A stretch of DNA of 64,000 nucleotides from a virus. Lineage: Duplodnaviria > Heunggongvirae > Uroviricota > Caudoviricetes. This document shows, piece after piece, positions 29,856-42,463 of this stretch. The stretch lies in IMG/VR virus record IMGVR_UViG_2585427708_000005; one strand, 5' to 3'. A program made the position numbers and the translations under genes. Positions within the stretch are counted from its first letter, which is position 1. Each line of letters starts with the position of its first letter. Under the pieces are notes generated by a model. It searched no databases, was not told where the DNA came from, and worked only from the letters and a program-made list of their open reading frames with translations.

Positions 29856-30332
29856 ATGCGCATCAAACGATTTTTTCTAATTCTTGCTTTGCTTACTCCA
29901 TTTTCATCAATGGCAAATGTAAGCAAATGGTCAACCGGCGAGACTCATGGTGTTCGTTCTTATGCTGTTTCCAGCAAAGATAATTATACGCTTACATTTG
30001 AGTGCGATGTTGGATTTAATAATACGGATCCCAATCAAGTAGGAACACGACTACTCACTCTCATGAAAACAGAACCTGGCGGTGAGTCATTTGATGCTAA
30101 AAAAGAACAAATAACGCTGAAAGTTGGTGATGATGAATATCCTATCAGTTCTATCGGTTCCTCTGTTGGTGATAGTTACTGGTATGGTTTTTGGTCAGAT
30201 ACCCCTGATATGGAAGTTAAAACATTCGATGCATACGTAGACGGAAAAAAAATCGCAACATTTACGCTACGTAAGGCCGCAGAGCTTTTCAACGCGGCAC
30301 CTGAAGATGGCTGCCTGAAGCGCGCAAAATGA
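29856..30332 (+). CDS. secreted protein (158 aa)
   Basis: signal peptide MRIKRFFLILALLTPFSSMANV. Confidence 0.5.
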   Translation: MRIKRFFLILALLTPFSSMANVSKWSTGETHGVRSYAVSSKDNYTLTFECDVGFNNTDPNQVGTRLLTLMKTEPGGESFDAKKEQITLKVGDDEYPISSIGSSVGDSYWYGFWSDTPDMEVKTFDAYVDGKKIATFTLRKAAELFNAAPEDGCLKRAK

Positions 30333-30366
30333 CCTGTCACAAATGACTACTCGTAGAATCGGTTAA

Positions 30367-30957
<591 letters not shown>

Positions 30958-30967
30958 GGGGGCTGAT

Positions 30968-31579
30968 ATGGGGCTTAATGTTGCTTCAGTAAAGTCTTAT
31001 GTATCTTCGGCATTAACGACGACATTATTTGGCTCCGGCGTTGGTGAGCGGGAAGTTGGTAAGCTGACGTCAATCATCATGAACAAAATGCTGTTCGCGC
31101 AAGGATGGCAGTTCTCTGTCGAAGTTGATGGTCTGGAGGGGGCAGACTTCTTTGCCAAAGACATTACCTACCACGATTACAGCATCGAATATGAAACGAT
31201 TAAAATAGGCGGAGGGAATATCCTTCAGCCAACGGTGCGTTCGCCTGGGCAGATAACAATGATGGTCAGGGATACCGTTGATGGCCTCGTTTTGGACTGG
31301 TTTAAGACGGCAAAAGGTCGGGTGATCAATCCGGACGGTACCGGGAATATACCGTCTAAATATTTGCTCAATGTGCGTATTTATCGGTTGCTGTCCTCCG
31401 GTTTAACCAAACTGGAAAATGAGATGACGGTATTCCCGGTCACTACCGGCGATGTCACCTATGCGCGGGATCAGGTTACGGAATTTAAGTCATTCCCAAT
31501 GACCTTCGCATTGCACAGCACGTTTAACCAATCCTCAAGTTCTTTAGCTTCCCTTCTGGGCTTTAGTTTTTCTCTTTGA
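30968..31579 (+). CDS. tail tube protein candidate (203 aa)
   Basis: size and position immediately upstream of chaperone-like gene and tape measure. Confidence 0.45.
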   Translation: MGLNVASVKSYVSSALTTTLFGSGVGEREVGKLTSIIMNKMLFAQGWQFSVEVDGLEGADFFAKDITYHDYSIEYETIKIGGGNILQPTVRSPGQITMMVRDTVDGLVLDWFKTAKGRVINPDGTGNIPSKYLLNVRIYRLLSSGLTKLENEMTVFPVTTGDVTYARDQVTEFKSFPMTFALHSTFNQSSSSLASLLGFSFSL

Positions 31580-31593
31580 ATTAAGGAGCAAGG

Positions 31594-32475
31594 ATGCTTT
31601 TACCTCTTTTCCCGCTACCATCGCGGCCAACTGAATTGATCCAGTTCCGTCAGCCAAATATTGCTGATGCGATGCGTTTCAACTCGATAACACCGGAGGA
31701 ACAAGAACAACAGACAACGGCGTATTTAAAAGCCTTGCTGGCTGAACCCGCGAAACATGATCCCCTGACATGGACGGCGCAGGATCGGATTACCGCGTTA
31801 TGGTGGATATTTACCGGCTCCCGTGAAACACCGGTCGAGACATTCACCTACACCTGTAAACATTGCGGTAAAGAGCATTATTACGATTGCGATATGAATG
31901 CTCTGGCTGAAGATATCCAGGTCCTGGAAGTGGAACCGTTCATTGACGATATTGAGGTGTCTGTAGAGGGAGTGCCTTATCAATGGCGTATCGTGCCGCT
32001 TGATGGCTGGGCAATGGAAATGCTGGAGATGCGCCGTGCTGCATTGCCACCTGAAGACGACGCGGAATTCAAAGAAGCGATCGTTGATTTGCGTTTTTGG
32101 GAATTCGCTTATCAGTGTGAGCTTTATAACGATGTTAGCGGTACTCGTGAAGATCAGGCTGAGCGTCGTTATGAAACGATTAAACGGATGGCCATTGATA
32201 CTGAATTTATGAAGCTGGCGGCACACATCCGACTGGCTCATGAAAAGCTCGAACATGGTTTACCGTGCTACATCGATAAAGGTGAAATGCGTCTTCGTCT
32301 CCCGCCGCATAAATGCCCAAATCAGGATAAAAAGGAGTCCACAGAGGGTGCATATACCCGTCTGTGGGTGCCCTTTCGGGCTACCGACTTCATTCCACAG
32401 GTGGGGATTGAAAAGCTATCAGACCTTAGTGTCCAACCTGGTTTTGTATGGGGGTATACCGATTCAGGACGCTGA
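31594..32475 (+). CDS. hypothetical protein upstream of tape measure (tail assembly chaperone position), has CxxC pair
   Basis: 293 aa; CKHCG ... C ... C; 3' end overlapped by a +1-frame ORF reaching 32545. Confidence 0.5.
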   Translation: MLLPLFPLPSRPTELIQFRQPNIADAMRFNSITPEEQEQQTTAYLKALLAEPAKHDPLTWTAQDRITALWWIFTGSRETPVETFTYTCKHCGKEHYYDCDMNALAEDIQVLEVEPFIDDIEVSVEGVPYQWRIVPLDGWAMEMLEMRRAALPPEDDAEFKEAIVDLRFWEFAYQCELYNDVSGTREDQAERRYETIKRMAIDTEFMKLAAHIRLAHEKLEHGLPCYIDKGEMRLRLPPHKCPNQDKKESTEGAYTRLWVPFRATDFIPQVGIEKLSDLSVQPGFVWGYTDSGR

Positions 32476-32556
32476 AAGGCTTACTGAATCCTATGCGTTT
32501 TTCCTGTTGGAGAAACTGGAAGAAAAACTTAAACCGAAACGGTAGGCGATAAGATC

Positions 32557-35500
32557 ATGGAAAGAAAAAACGCCAACATTGACGATGTTATAAGGACAGT
32601 TGAAACCGCCAGCGCAAAAGAGCTGGAAGAGCTTGCAGGTATCCGGGAAGCTGTTGAAGATTTGAAAGGGGGACGCGTTGCAACTGTTGATCCTGTCTCT
32701 CGCAGTGTGTCGGCATTAAATCGCACAATCGAAAATTCCCGGCCAGACTTTGTGGCCAATGCGCCATCAGTGGACCCTATTGTTGAGGCAATGAAACGGC
32801 TTAATTTAGGGGACGTTCCTCGTGTAGTTCAGGAGGATGTTGCTCTACAGGAACCGCAGGCCAAATCAACTACGCGAAAGGGTAAAAAACGAGGCAGGAA
32901 GGCTATAACAGAAGATGTAAAGGCGCAACGGACCGAAGCAGCCGAACACGCCCGCGAAATGTTCGGTCAAAAAGGCGGTACGCAAAAAAGCCAAAACCAA
33001 CGCGATGCGCGTGGTCGTTTTATTGGAAAGTCAGGGAGTAAGGCCGCAGCGGAAGATGCCCGTGCTGAACGCGCTGAAAAGACCAGGCGCAAAGAGGATG
33101 ATGAGCGTCTAAATGCTGAATCAGGTTTATTAAAAAAACTGTCAAAAGTAGCTGAAGGTATAGGTAACCCTTCAGAGACTCGTGCCGTCGATGCTTTAGG
33201 TTATGCCGTTGCTGGCCCATTGTGGGCAGCGGGAAAAGAGCTTGGCGGGATATCAAAAGAAGTTGGCGGATCGCTTAATGGTGCCAGAAAGTCTATTGCC
33301 GATGTGATTCGTGGCAATGACGATAACAGCCGTAAAAAAGGTTTTTTTAGGCGTAAATCGCAAAGTAGTGCCGATGTCGTTCAGGTTAACACCCAAAAAC
33401 GGACGGTTCAGGAACTTCAGGATCAGACCAGCGAAATTAAAGAGGGCAATGACAAGATTCTCAGCGCCCTTGATCAGATAGCCAAAAACACCGGGAAAAA
33501 GAAGGGCGGCTTGCTGTCCAAATTATTTAGCCTGTTAGGGAAGGGGGCCGGTGGTATTGCCTCCCTTATTTTTGGCCGTGGGGCACTAAAGAAAGTTGGC
33601 TCGATGGCACTCGGCGCTTTAGGTATTAAGGGGGTAGGGAAACTAGGGATTAAGGCGGTCGCAAAAGGCGCTTTACGTGCAATTCCGCTAGTCGGCACGG
33701 TGGCTGGAGGTATCTATGATGCGGTAACCGGTTGGAATGATATAGAAGCGCAACGCCGAGCGTTTGGGCTTAAATCAGGACAAGATCCATCATTCCAGCA
33801 AAAAGCCGCTTATACGTTAGCTAATGTTCTTGATATGGGGGGACTGGTATCTGGTATTAGCAGCGCCATTGGTGAGGTTCTCAAATCACTTGGATTTGAG
33901 GATATCGGCAATATGTTGCAATCATTTTCGACGGAAAGTATTGCCCAGGCCATTGATAGCGGGGTTACCAACTTAGAAACATATATTTCTAATCTTGGCG
34001 ACACCATTTCTACCAAGTTCGATGATTATACAGCAAAGATTGGTGATGCTATTTCTGCATGGTTCAGTGACACCACAAAGAATCTGAACGAAAAATTAGA
34101 CGCCATCAAAAACTTCTTTACTGTCGATAACCTGAAACAGGTTTTCAGTGATGCAATTGATAGTGCAATTGATTTCATTAAGAATCCTGGGAAATACATT
34201 AAAGAGGCTGGCAGTAATCTATGGAGTGCCGCAAAAGAGCTTTCAGGTGAGGTTGCAGATGCCGCTGTTCAGAGCACCCCTGTGGCCTGGGTTGCATCAA
34301 AGCTAGTCAACAAAGCGGATGCGAAAGAGGTTACACCTGAATTAAAAACACCAGCTAAAGAAAGTCAGGAGGACAATGCTCCTAAGACTGAATATACCCC
34401 TAAAAAGGCTAATATTGTCACTCGTGTTGTAAATGCATCCCTAGATACGGCGAAAGATAGCAATAAAACAGTTAAAGAAACTGCCAATCAGATTATCAAT
34501 GCAAATGCCGTAGAAACGGGCAATCGCGCGTTGCAGAAAATTGATAATGCTATTGGTCAAAATAGCTCATCATCATCGTCGCTTAATACTACTGGCACCA
34601 GGAATGACATTCAGAAAGCTGCGGATACCTACAACAATGGCAACTTAGATGTAAAAGTCGGAAGCCTTGGCGCTGAAGGTAAGGCAAATCTCGATAAGTT
34701 GGCTCCGTATTTTGCTGAACTAGAGAATAAATATGGCCTTCCTGAAGGTACTCTTTACGCGATCGCTGCAACTGAATCTGGTGGTGATCCTAACGCAAAA
34801 TCTACGCTTACAAGATCACCAAATGGAAAGCTAAGTGGTGGCGCTCTCGGAATGTTCCAGTTTACGAGCGTTGCTCGTGAGGAAACTGGATTATCCCGGG
34901 AAGATTCTTTTAATCCGGAAAAATCGGCAGAAGCTGCGGCTCTTCTCATGAGCAAGTATCTGAAGCAAGCCAATGGAGACTTAAACGAGGCCATCACTGC
35001 ATATAACGCTGGGTTTGGCACTATCAATAAGTGGAAAAAAGGCACAGGTGACTTATCGAAAGAAAACCGTGAGTACGCGATCAAGGTCAATACTCATCGT
35101 GCTCGCTATTTGGGTGGTGAAATCTATACACCTGGAGCAGGAGCACAGGGTGGGGCGCAATATGGAGTGAGGGGACCACTGCCTGATAACGCCGTTATCG
35201 ATCAGTCTACTGGCCTGGCGTTTACCCCTGGTGATAGCCCGTTTGAGAAAGGCGGTCTGGTAGACAAAATCGGCAATGCTGTTGGCGTTAACGATCTGGT
35301 CAACAAATTCATGAATGGCCGGGGGATGCGTCGGGAAGTCGTTCAGGGAACCCTCGAAGAACGTGCACGAGGAAGGGGAACCGCAACGGCAGCTGGCAAT
35401 GTGTATGTTGATACACCTATGCCAGTTGAAGAGGCACGTCCGGTAGCAAACAACTCAAGTTACTTTGACCAACTCGGTGCACAAATGGGGATTGATGGGC

Positions 35501-35889
35501 TGTATGACAAACTCATTAATGCCCGGGGAATGCGCTCAAATAATTCTCCTCAACCAGCCTCCACGTCCCAGGTGACGACTGCCGCCAACGATTTGCAGCA
35601 ACCAACCGGTCGTATGCAGATAGACGGACAGGTTATTAGTGACCTTGGCGGCTCCGGTGCCAAGCCGACAATGCAGTTGGCTGATAATACCGTTTCACTT
35701 GATGGTGAAACGAAGCGGCTGTTTGCGCAGATGACCTCATTGCTTGCCAGGATTGAAGAGCACACTAAAGACTCGGCGAAAGGCCAGGGAACTGTCGTAA
35801 AGGTCAGCACGCCTCAACCGGGCGTTATGCGCACGGTGCCACTGTCAATTGATGATCCGTTGATGAATGACTACGCGAGAGTTGATTGA
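32557..35889 (+). CDS. sit: Sit-like tape measure protein with lytic transglycosylase domain
   Basis: 1110 aa; Gly/Ala-rich TM-like segment (residues ~330-390); SLT motif block (ESGGDPNAKS...GALGMFQF); size matches P1 Sit. Confidence 0.85.
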   Translation: MERKNANIDDVIRTVETASAKELEELAGIREAVEDLKGGRVATVDPVSRSVSALNRTIENSRPDFVANAPSVDPIVEAMKRLNLGDVPRVVQEDVALQEPQAKSTTRKGKKRGRKAITEDVKAQRTEAAEHAREMFGQKGGTQKSQNQRDARGRFIGKSGSKAAAEDARAERAEKTRRKEDDERLNAESGLLKKLSKVAEGIGNPSETRAVDALGYAVAGPLWAAGKELGGISKEVGGSLNGARKSIADVIRGNDDNSRKKGFFRRKSQSSADVVQVNTQKRTVQELQDQTSEIKEGNDKILSALDQIAKNTGKKKGGLLSKLFSLLGKGAGGIASLIFGRGALKKVGSMALGALGIKGVGKLGIKAVAKGALRAIPLVGTVAGGIYDAVTGWNDIEAQRRAFGLKSGQDPSFQQKAAYTLANVLDMGGLVSGISSAIGEVLKSLGFEDIGNMLQSFSTESIAQAIDSGVTNLETYISNLGDTISTKFDDYTAKIGDAISAWFSDTTKNLNEKLDAIKNFFTVDNLKQVFSDAIDSAIDFIKNPGKYIKEAGSNLWSAAKELSGEVADAAVQSTPVAWVASKLVNKADAKEVTPELKTPAKESQEDNAPKTEYTPKKANIVTRVVNASLDTAKDSNKTVKETANQIINANAVETGNRALQKIDNAIGQNSSSSSSLNTTGTRNDIQKAADTYNNGNLDVKVGSLGAEGKANLDKLAPYFAELENKYGLPEGTLYAIAATESGGDPNAKSTLTRSPNGKLSGGALGMFQFTSVAREETGLSREDSFNPEKSAEAAALLMSKYLKQANGDLNEAITAYNAGFGTINKWKKGTGDLSKENREYAIKVNTHRARYLGGEIYTPGAGAQGGAQYGVRGPLPDNAVIDQSTGLAFTPGDSPFEKGGLVDKIGNAVGVNDLVNKFMNGRGMRREVVQGTLEERARGRGTATAAGNVYVDTPMPVEEARPVANNSSYFDQLGAQMGIDGLYDKLINARGMRSNNSPQPASTSQVTTAANDLQQPTGRMQIDGQVISDLGGSGAKPTMQLADNTVSLDGETKRLFAQMTSLLARIEEHTKDSAKGQGTVVKVSTPQPGVMRTVPLSIDDPLMNDYARVD

Positions 35890-36245
35890 TGGCCAACAAT
35901 AACGAAATTGATCCTTTACTGACGCTGGAGTTATCCGGCGTAAAAACGTATGAGTCCCAGGAGGAGGCCTGGGGCGCTCGTTTATATGAGTGGCTGAACA
36001 CTTATCAGGGTGAGGTATACGGAGATCCGTCATGGGGCAATGTTTTACCGCAGTTTAAACACGAACCGACCAACTTGTCGCATGTTCAAATTGCGGTTGA
36101 GGCAATGCTGTTGCAAAAACTGACGGTAGATTTACCTGACATACCGATTTCTGGCTTGTCAGTAGCCGAGGGAGATGCTTTTGATAAGTTGAAAATATCC
36201 ATTCGTATCAGGGATATAACTATCACACAGGACGTGGTGCTATGA
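35886..36245 (+). CDS. hypothetical baseplate protein (119 aa), coupled to sit (ATGA overlap)
   Basis: overlapping start/stop; no motif. Confidence 0.5.
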   Translation: MMANNNEIDPLLTLELSGVKTYESQEEAWGARLYEWLNTYQGEVYGDPSWGNVLPQFKHEPTNLSHVQIAVEAMLLQKLTVDLPDIPISGLSVAEGDAFDKLKISIRIRDITITQDVVL

Positions 36246-37675
36246 GTAAAACAACACCGACTAAAGACAGTATTCGTGCAGAGTTTGAAGAGCTTGTCGA
36301 GAAAGATTCATTCTGGTCGAAGTTTGTCGGCTCTCAATTTGTCTCGATGCTGACATTGTTTATTACCCAGATTGTCTACAGGTGCTTTCAGTATGCCGAT
36401 GCGGCGCTGGCTGAAGGCTTTATATCGACCGCGACGCGGCGTTCCTCTATCCTGGCAGCGGCAGAAACGAATAGTTACGTTGGTACCAAGCCAACACCGT
36501 CATCGGGGATGATTGAGATCACCGCCACAAGTGAAGATGCCCCAGCGGTAATCCCCAAAAACATGCCTTTAATATCTGACGACCAGTACCCTTACATGAC
36601 TATGGATGTATGCAGGTTGGTTGACGGCACCGGTACGGTAGAAGTGGCACAGTTGGAAATCCAGGAGGTGACATATACCGTTACGGCAGCCAAAGAATTT
36701 CTGGAAGTCGTGTTATCAAAGGCTCTCACTGCTGTCTGCTATAAGCTGGAAGTATTCGTGACGACCGATGGTAAGACCACGCAGTGGTCTTCCAGCACTA
36801 TGTTCCGGTTAGCCGGTAGTAAAAGCCAGGTCTACGTTGAGTTTTATAAACCATCCGAGCAGTTGGGGGTTCGATTCGGCGATGGGCTAATTGGGCAAAT
36901 ACCGCCAGAAGGCTCGACCATTACGCTTAAGGTATGGTGCACCAACGGCGATATAACCCTGGTTGCTGGCCAAAACCTGACGCCTGTCGATTCTGCGGCT
37001 AATTTAGCTAATTTGATTTCAGTTAAGACAACGACACCTATAACCGCAGGTACCGATGCCGAAACAACGGAGATCACACGTAACCGTGCACAATATTACC
37101 TTGCCTATGATGATCAGGTCGTATGGGGCGGGGACTATACGTATTTTCTGGTGCGTAACATCCCGGGACTGTCATGGGTAAAGGCATGGGGCGAAGGCCA
37201 GCAAGAGAAATTAGATGGTGCTTATAATGTTCGGAATATCAATAAGATATTTATTTCAGGGTGGCATCCAAATAAAAGCCAGTCAGAGCTTGAAGAAATG
37301 ATCCTGGCTGCCTTTAAGAAGGTGCCGAATGAGTTGAACAAGAAATTCTCGTATAAAGAGGTCAGAAAACTCCCCTTTAAGATCACCATCACTGGGCGGA
37401 TATCGGCAAGCCTGACCATTGAGAATGTGACCGATGAGCTGAAGTCGGCACTGGAAACAAAATTTGGGCGCGACTCAACTTTCTTTGATCCGAACCGCGT
37501 CGGGAAGTACATCCTGATTAAGAAAAAAGACGTTTGGGCGTTTATCGAAACGCTGGGTTATTTCCGCGACTTTTATCTGGAATTTGTCGAGTGGAATGAG
37601 TCCAACGGCTTTTACGATTTCGTTTATCTGGATACAGAAAACTCCACCTTTAATATTTCGTATGAGGAGGAGTGA
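36242..37675 (+). CDS. baseplate protein candidate (477 aa)
   Basis: position and coupling (overlapping stops/starts) in baseplate operon. Confidence 0.5.
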   Translation: MSKTTPTKDSIRAEFEELVEKDSFWSKFVGSQFVSMLTLFITQIVYRCFQYADAALAEGFISTATRRSSILAAAETNSYVGTKPTPSSGMIEITATSEDAPAVIPKNMPLISDDQYPYMTMDVCRLVDGTGTVEVAQLEIQEVTYTVTAAKEFLEVVLSKALTAVCYKLEVFVTTDGKTTQWSSSTMFRLAGSKSQVYVEFYKPSEQLGVRFGDGLIGQIPPEGSTITLKVWCTNGDITLVAGQNLTPVDSAANLANLISVKTTTPITAGTDAETTEITRNRAQYYLAYDDQVVWGGDYTYFLVRNIPGLSWVKAWGEGQQEKLDGAYNVRNINKIFISGWHPNKSQSELEEMILAAFKKVPNELNKKFSYKEVRKLPFKITITGRISASLTIENVTDELKSALETKFGRDSTFFDPNRVGKYILIKKKDVWAFIETLGYFRDFYLEFVEWNESNGFYDFVYLDTENSTFNISYEEE

Positions 37676-38511
37676 TGCAGCGTTCCTGGTTTAATAACCG
37701 GCTTACATCAGCTAAGCAAAAGTCATTGCTCTATAAATCATTGGCTGATTTGGTTCAGTCAATGATGGACACCTTTGTTGACCCATGGTTGGAGCGAATT
37801 ACCAACCGGAAGTCTATTTTCTCCATGAGCAAGGAGGATCTGGAGACCAGGACAAATGAACTTGGCCAGTTCTTTACTATCAGAACCTCGGACTCATCTT
37901 CCGTTCCGATGTTGTTACAACAGCGGCTTGATGAGATCCACTTTAAGGGAACTGAACGTCCTATAAACCAGACAATTTACCGCGAATTTAACGGTATTTC
38001 TGTTTTATGGGATCCGATATATGCACCGGTGGACCTTGAGCGTCATCCCTATGGCACAGTTCTAATACCAGAAAGCACATTGGAGACTACCGGCGGCACA
38101 TTCGGCGAGATGTTTCTGACTTCCAGAGGGATGATCAGTATTCCCATAAACGACCTGGCCCGGACAATGGGTATTACTGGCACGATAGATCAGTCCGCAA
38201 TTACAGAAGAAATTCTCAGAAAGTTTAATCAGTTCGTAAAGCCTCTACTGCCACTGCATATAGTGTTTGATGGGCTTACGCTCTATTTGTCGGTTGTTGT
38301 AAATGAACAGGCCGACATGATCACTTTGAACGAGATTTCTGATACCGAAAAAGCATTCTGCTGGTTTGAAACTTCGGATACAACTTCGCTTACTGGAGTT
38401 ACGTCGATTAGCGCCCCGATCACCGCAACGCCTGGTGGCACTATTGTGAAAGCGACACCTACGTTTGATCGCACCCGCGCAGATGATTTGTTGCTGGATA
38501 GCGACGCCTGA
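37672..38511 (+). CDS. baseplate/tail protein candidate (279 aa)
   Basis: coupled to upstream gene; followed by strong hairpin 38515-38539. Confidence 0.5.
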   Translation: MMQRSWFNNRLTSAKQKSLLYKSLADLVQSMMDTFVDPWLERITNRKSIFSMSKEDLETRTNELGQFFTIRTSDSSSVPMLLQQRLDEIHFKGTERPINQTIYREFNGISVLWDPIYAPVDLERHPYGTVLIPESTLETTGGTFGEMFLTSRGMISIPINDLARTMGITGTIDQSAITEEILRKFNQFVKPLLPLHIVFDGLTLYLSVVVNEQADMITLNEISDTEKAFCWFETSDTTSLTGVTSISAPITATPGGTIVKATPTFDRTRADDLLLDSDA

Positions 38512-38589
38512 CAATCACCCCGTCCGCAGGGCGGGGTGACAAGTTACTTCTCTTACAATGAGGCTTCACAACAGTGATTAGGGAAAATC

Positions 38590-39024
38590 ATGTCTGACGT
38601 CTCAACAAACCTCTATAAGAGTCAGTTGTTGGACTATTACTATCAGCGGCGCGCTGAATCGTCCATTAACAAAGGCTCTCGATTTTTAATCAGCAAGGCC
38701 GTTTTCGGTACCAGTTCTCTGGTTACTAAGAAAGGAGATGGCACTTATGAGATTGGAGAACTGCCAAAGGCTTTCGATCTGGCAGAACTGACCAGCCAAT
38801 TTTGTACCATCAACCTCGTGCCAACCTACTCAGGTGGGATAATTACTGTCCGAATGGACCTTGATCAAAGCCAGTTGCAGGAAGGGAAAAACTACCCATT
38901 CAACACTCTGGTTGTTCTGGATAACGAGAACAAGCCAATCGCCATTATTTGTGTCCAGGAAGACTCGCTGTATGTGGGCAAAACATATACCGCAGTTATG
39001 GCCATAAACACGACTACAGCATAA
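38590..39024 (+). CDS. tail fibre-associated protein (R-like by position), 144 aa
   Basis: immediately upstream of tail fibre gene. Confidence 0.45.
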   Translation: MSDVSTNLYKSQLLDYYYQRRAESSINKGSRFLISKAVFGTSSLVTKKGDGTYEIGELPKAFDLAELTSQFCTINLVPTYSGGIITVRMDLDQSQLQEGKNYPFNTLVVLDNENKPIAIICVQEDSLYVGKTYTAVMAINTTTA

Positions 39025-39035
39025 GGATATGCTTG

Positions 39036-41885
39036 ATGAATGACGTTACAGTTGTTACATCGGTTACTTACCCATCACCCGAGTCGTTGGCTCTGGTTGC
39101 TGATGTGCAATACCACGAACCATATCTGTCAGCCGCGCTAAACCGAAAATTCAGGGGGATTGTTGACCCGGGATTTTATGCCGGTTTCTTACCTAAGCCT
39201 GGCGGTGGGATGAACCTGTTAATCACCTCAGTGGATGGAGATAAAACCGCAGGCGCGGCGTCGGTGGATATTGGTGAATTCTACCAGGTAACTATTCAGC
39301 AACGTACGGATATTCCTCTTGCACTTAGTGCAGGCAAGAAATATGCAATTGTGCTGAAGGGAAGATACCTCCTTGGAGAGGATACCTATCAGGTTAATAC
39401 CGCGTCACATATTCATGCGGCTGAATTTGTTACCAGAACCTATACCGATTCATATCAGTTAGGAGATGGGGAGCTGCTTGTTTGTACGGTGAATATCCCT
39501 GCTGGAGTATCAGCCATTACCCAGGAGATGATTGATACATCCGAGCGTATTAACCGCACGATCGGCATTGATATCTCAGACTCTGTAACCAGTAGCAGAA
39601 GTGATGTTGCTGCAAGTTCGCTGGCAGTTAAAAAAGCCTACGATCTGGCGAACAGTAAGTATACGGCGCAGGATGCAAGCACAACGCAAAAGGGATTAGT
39701 TCAGCTCAGTAGCGAAACTAACAGCGACAGCGAAACAATGGCGGCTACCCCTAAAGCCGTTAAGTCTGTAAAAGATCTTGCTGATACCAAAGCGCCAATA
39801 GAAAGCCCGAGTCTGACAGGAACGCCAACCGCGCCGACGGCAGCGCAAGGTACAAATAGCACGCAGATCGCAAATACAGCCTTTGTTAAGGCAGCTATAA
39901 CGGCACTTATCAACGGTGCACCTGGCACACTGGATACGCTTAAAGAAATAGCTGCTGCGATCAATAACGACCCGAATTTCAGCACAACTATCAACAATGC
40001 TCTGGCTCTTAAAGCTCCTTTAGCAAGTCCTGCATTAACGGGAATACCTACTGCGCCTACCGCTGCACAGGGTACGAATAACACGCAGATTGCTACGACC
40101 GCTTATGTAAGAGCTGCCATATCCGCATTGGTTGGTTCATCACCAGAAGCTCTTGATACCCTGAATGAGCTTGCCGCAGCACTTGGTAATGACCCGAACT
40201 TTGCGACAACAATGACAAATGCGCTGGCAGGCAAACAGCCTCTGGATGCAACTTTAACCGCGCTTGCTGGTCTTGCTACAGGCGCAAATAAATTGCCGTA
40301 CTTTACCGGTACAGACACTATTTCTCAGACTGACTTAACGTCAGTCGGTCGCGATATTCTGGCCAAAACAAGCGTCCTTGCTGTTATCCAATACCTTGAT
40401 TTAAGAGAACTTGGCACAAGCGGTGAAAAGATCCCCCTGTTGAGCACGGCTAACAAATGGGGTGCACGCCAGACTTTCAACGGTGGGATCACCGGGGCGC
40501 TGACAGGGAACGCCGACACCGCGACGAAATTAAAAACAGCCATAAACATTAATGGCGTCAGATTCGATGGTTCGGCTGACATTAATATCAATACTCTGGT
40601 ATCTCGCGGTCGCGTAACGGCCCTAGAGGCGAATGCACAGGGAACATCCGGGATTCAGCTGTATGAGGCATACAACAATGGCTACCCTTCCCCCTATGGC
40701 AATGTGCTTCACCTTAAAGGTGCCACCGCTGCTGGCGAAGGTGAGTTATTCATTGGCTGGAGTGGCACGAGCGGTGACCATGCGCCCGTACATATCCGTT
40801 CGCGGCGTGATACTGATTCTGCCAACTGGTCTGAATGGGCGCAGGTCTATACGTCAAAAGATTCAATTCCCGGCGTCAATGCCAAAGGGGATCAGGACAC
40901 CTCTGGTAATGCGGCTACAGCGACCAAGTTGCAGACAGCATGTACTATCAATGGCGTCTCGTTTGATGGTTCTACTGATATCACTTTAACCGCTGCGCAT
41001 GTTGCTGCTTTTGCCAGAAGAGCAACGGATACGTATGCCGATGCGGATGGGGGCGTTCCCTGGAATGCCGAATCAGGCGCTTACAATGTCATTCGCTCTG
41101 CCGACAGCTATATTCTGGTTAACTTCTATACCGGAGTCGGAAGTTGCCCGACCTTGCAGATGAAGGCGCATTACAGAAATGGTGGTCTGTTCTACCGTTC
41201 TTCAAGAGACGGTTATGGTTTTGAGGAAGACTGGGCAGAAGTTTATACCTCGAAAAATCTTCCACCAGAAAGCTACCCAGTCGGCGCACCAATCCCGTGG
41301 CCATCAGATACCGTTCCGTCTGGTTATGCCCTGATGCAGGGGCAGACTTTTGACAAATCTGCATACCCGAAACTTGCAGCGGCTTATCCGTCAGGCGTTA
41401 TTCCTGATATGCGTGGCTGGACGATTAAGGGCAAGCCCGGCAGTGGTCGTGCCGTATTGTCTCAGGAACAGGACGGCATTAAATCGCACACCCACAGCGC
41501 CAGCGCATCCAGTACGGATTTGGGGACGAAAACCACATCGTCGTTTGATTACGGTACTAAAACGACCAGTTCATTTGATTACGGCACAAAAACTACGAAT
41601 AGCGCTGGAAATCATTCACACAATATACCTGTTGGTCACACTGGCGCGGGGAATGGTGTATCAGCCGGTTTTAACGCTGCGTTAGGTACTGGTACCACGT
41701 CGAGCGCAGGCGAGCATGCTCACAATGTATATATCGGTGCCCATAACCACACTATCGGCATTGGTGCTCATGCCCATTCTGTCATTATTGGTCCCCACGG
41801 ACACACCATCACCGTTAACGCTACGGGTAACGAAGAAAACACCGTAAAAAACATCGCATTTAACTATATTGTGAGGCTTGCATAA
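39036..41885 (+). CDS. tail fibre protein (S-like), 949 aa
   Basis: ATG 39036 with RBS; tandem ~60-aa repeats ([28 protein letters not shown] / [28 protein letters not shown]); C-terminal [10 protein letters not shown] repeats and His-x-His motifs as in T-even fibre tips. Confidence 0.85.
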   Translation: MNDVTVVTSVTYPSPESLALVADVQYHEPYLSAALNRKFRGIVDPGFYAGFLPKPGGGMNLLITSVDGDKTAGAASVDIGEFYQVTIQQRTDIPLALSAGKKYAIVLKGRYLLGEDTYQVNTASHIHAAEFVTRTYTDSYQLGDGELLVCTVNIPAGVSAITQEMIDTSERINRTIGIDISDSVTSSRSDVAASSLAVKKAYDLANSKYTAQDASTTQKGLVQLSSETNSDSETMAATPKAVKSVKDLADTKAPIESPSLTGTPTAPTAAQGTNSTQIANTAFVKAAITALINGAPGTLDTLKEIAAAINNDPNFSTTINNALALKAPLASPALTGIPTAPTAAQGTNNTQIATTAYVRAAISALVGSSPEALDTLNELAAALGNDPNFATTMTNALAGKQPLDATLTALAGLATGANKLPYFTGTDTISQTDLTSVGRDILAKTSVLAVIQYLDLRELGTSGEKIPLLSTANKWGARQTFNGGITGALTGNADTATKLKTAININGVRFDGSADININTLVSRGRVTALEANAQGTSGIQLYEAYNNGYPSPYGNVLHLKGATAAGEGELFIGWSGTSGDHAPVHIRSRRDTDSANWSEWAQVYTSKDSIPGVNAKGDQDTSGNAATATKLQTACTINGVSFDGSTDITLTAAHVAAFARRATDTYADADGGVPWNAESGAYNVIRSADSYILVNFYTGVGSCPTLQMKAHYRNGGLFYRSSRDGYGFEEDWAEVYTSKNLPPESYPVGAPIPWPSDTVPSGYALMQGQTFDKSAYPKLAAAYPSGVIPDMRGWTIKGKPGSGRAVLSQEQDGIKSHTHSASASSTDLGTKTTSSFDYGTKTTSSFDYGTKTTNSAGNHSHNIPVGHTGAGNGVSAGFNAALGTGTTSSAGEHAHNVYIGAHNHTIGIGAHAHSVIIGPHGHTITVNATGNEENTVKNIAFNYIVRLA

Positions 41886-42463
41886 TGACATTCAGAATGA
41901 GTGAACAATCACGGACCATAAAAATTTATAATCTACTGGCTGGAACCAATGAGTTTATTGGTGAAGGTGATGCATACATTCCACCTCATACAGGTCTGCC
42001 TGCAAACAGTACCGATATTGCCCCGCCAGATATTCCGGCTGGCTTCGTGGCCGTTTTCAACAGTGATGAGGCATCGTGGAATCTCGTTGAAGACCATCGG
42101 GGAAAAACCGTCTATGACGTGGCTTCCGGCGACGCGTTATTTATTTCTGAACTTGGCCCATTACCGGAAAATGTCACCTGGTTATCCCCGGAAGGGGAGT
42201 TTCAGAAGTGGAACGGCACAGCCTGGGTGAAAGATGCAGAAGCAGAAAAACTGTTCCGGATCCGGAAGGCGGAAGAAACAAAAAACAGCCTGATGCAGAT
42301 GGCCAGTGAGCATATTGCGCCACTTCAGGATGCCGTAGATTTGGATATTGCGACGGAGGAAGAGGCATCGTTACTGACTGCATGGAAGACATATCGGGTA
42401 TTGTTGAATCGTGTTGATACAACAGTAGCATCGGATGTTGAGTGGCCAGTCGCCCCGCAATAA
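41885..42463 (+). CDS. tail fibre assembly protein (Tfa/U-like)
   Basis: 192 aa; coupled to S (ATGA overlap); N-terminal pattern typical of Tfa chaperones. Confidence 0.8.
   Translation: MTFRMSEQSRTIKIYNLLAGTNEFIGEGDAYIPPHTGLPANSTDIAPPDIPAGFVAVFNSDEASWNLVEDHRGKTVYDVASGDALFISELGPLPENVTWLSPEGEFQKWNGTAWVKDAEAEKLFRIRKAEETKNSLMQMASEHIAPLQDAVDLDIATEEEASLLTAWKTYRVLLNRVDTTVASDVEWPVAPQ

Noticed and set aside
39701-40591. Minus-strand ORFs (39701-40084, 40103-40318, 40325-40591) inside the tail fibre gene
   Set aside because: Antisense artefacts of the repetitive Ala/Thr/Gly-rich fibre coding sequence
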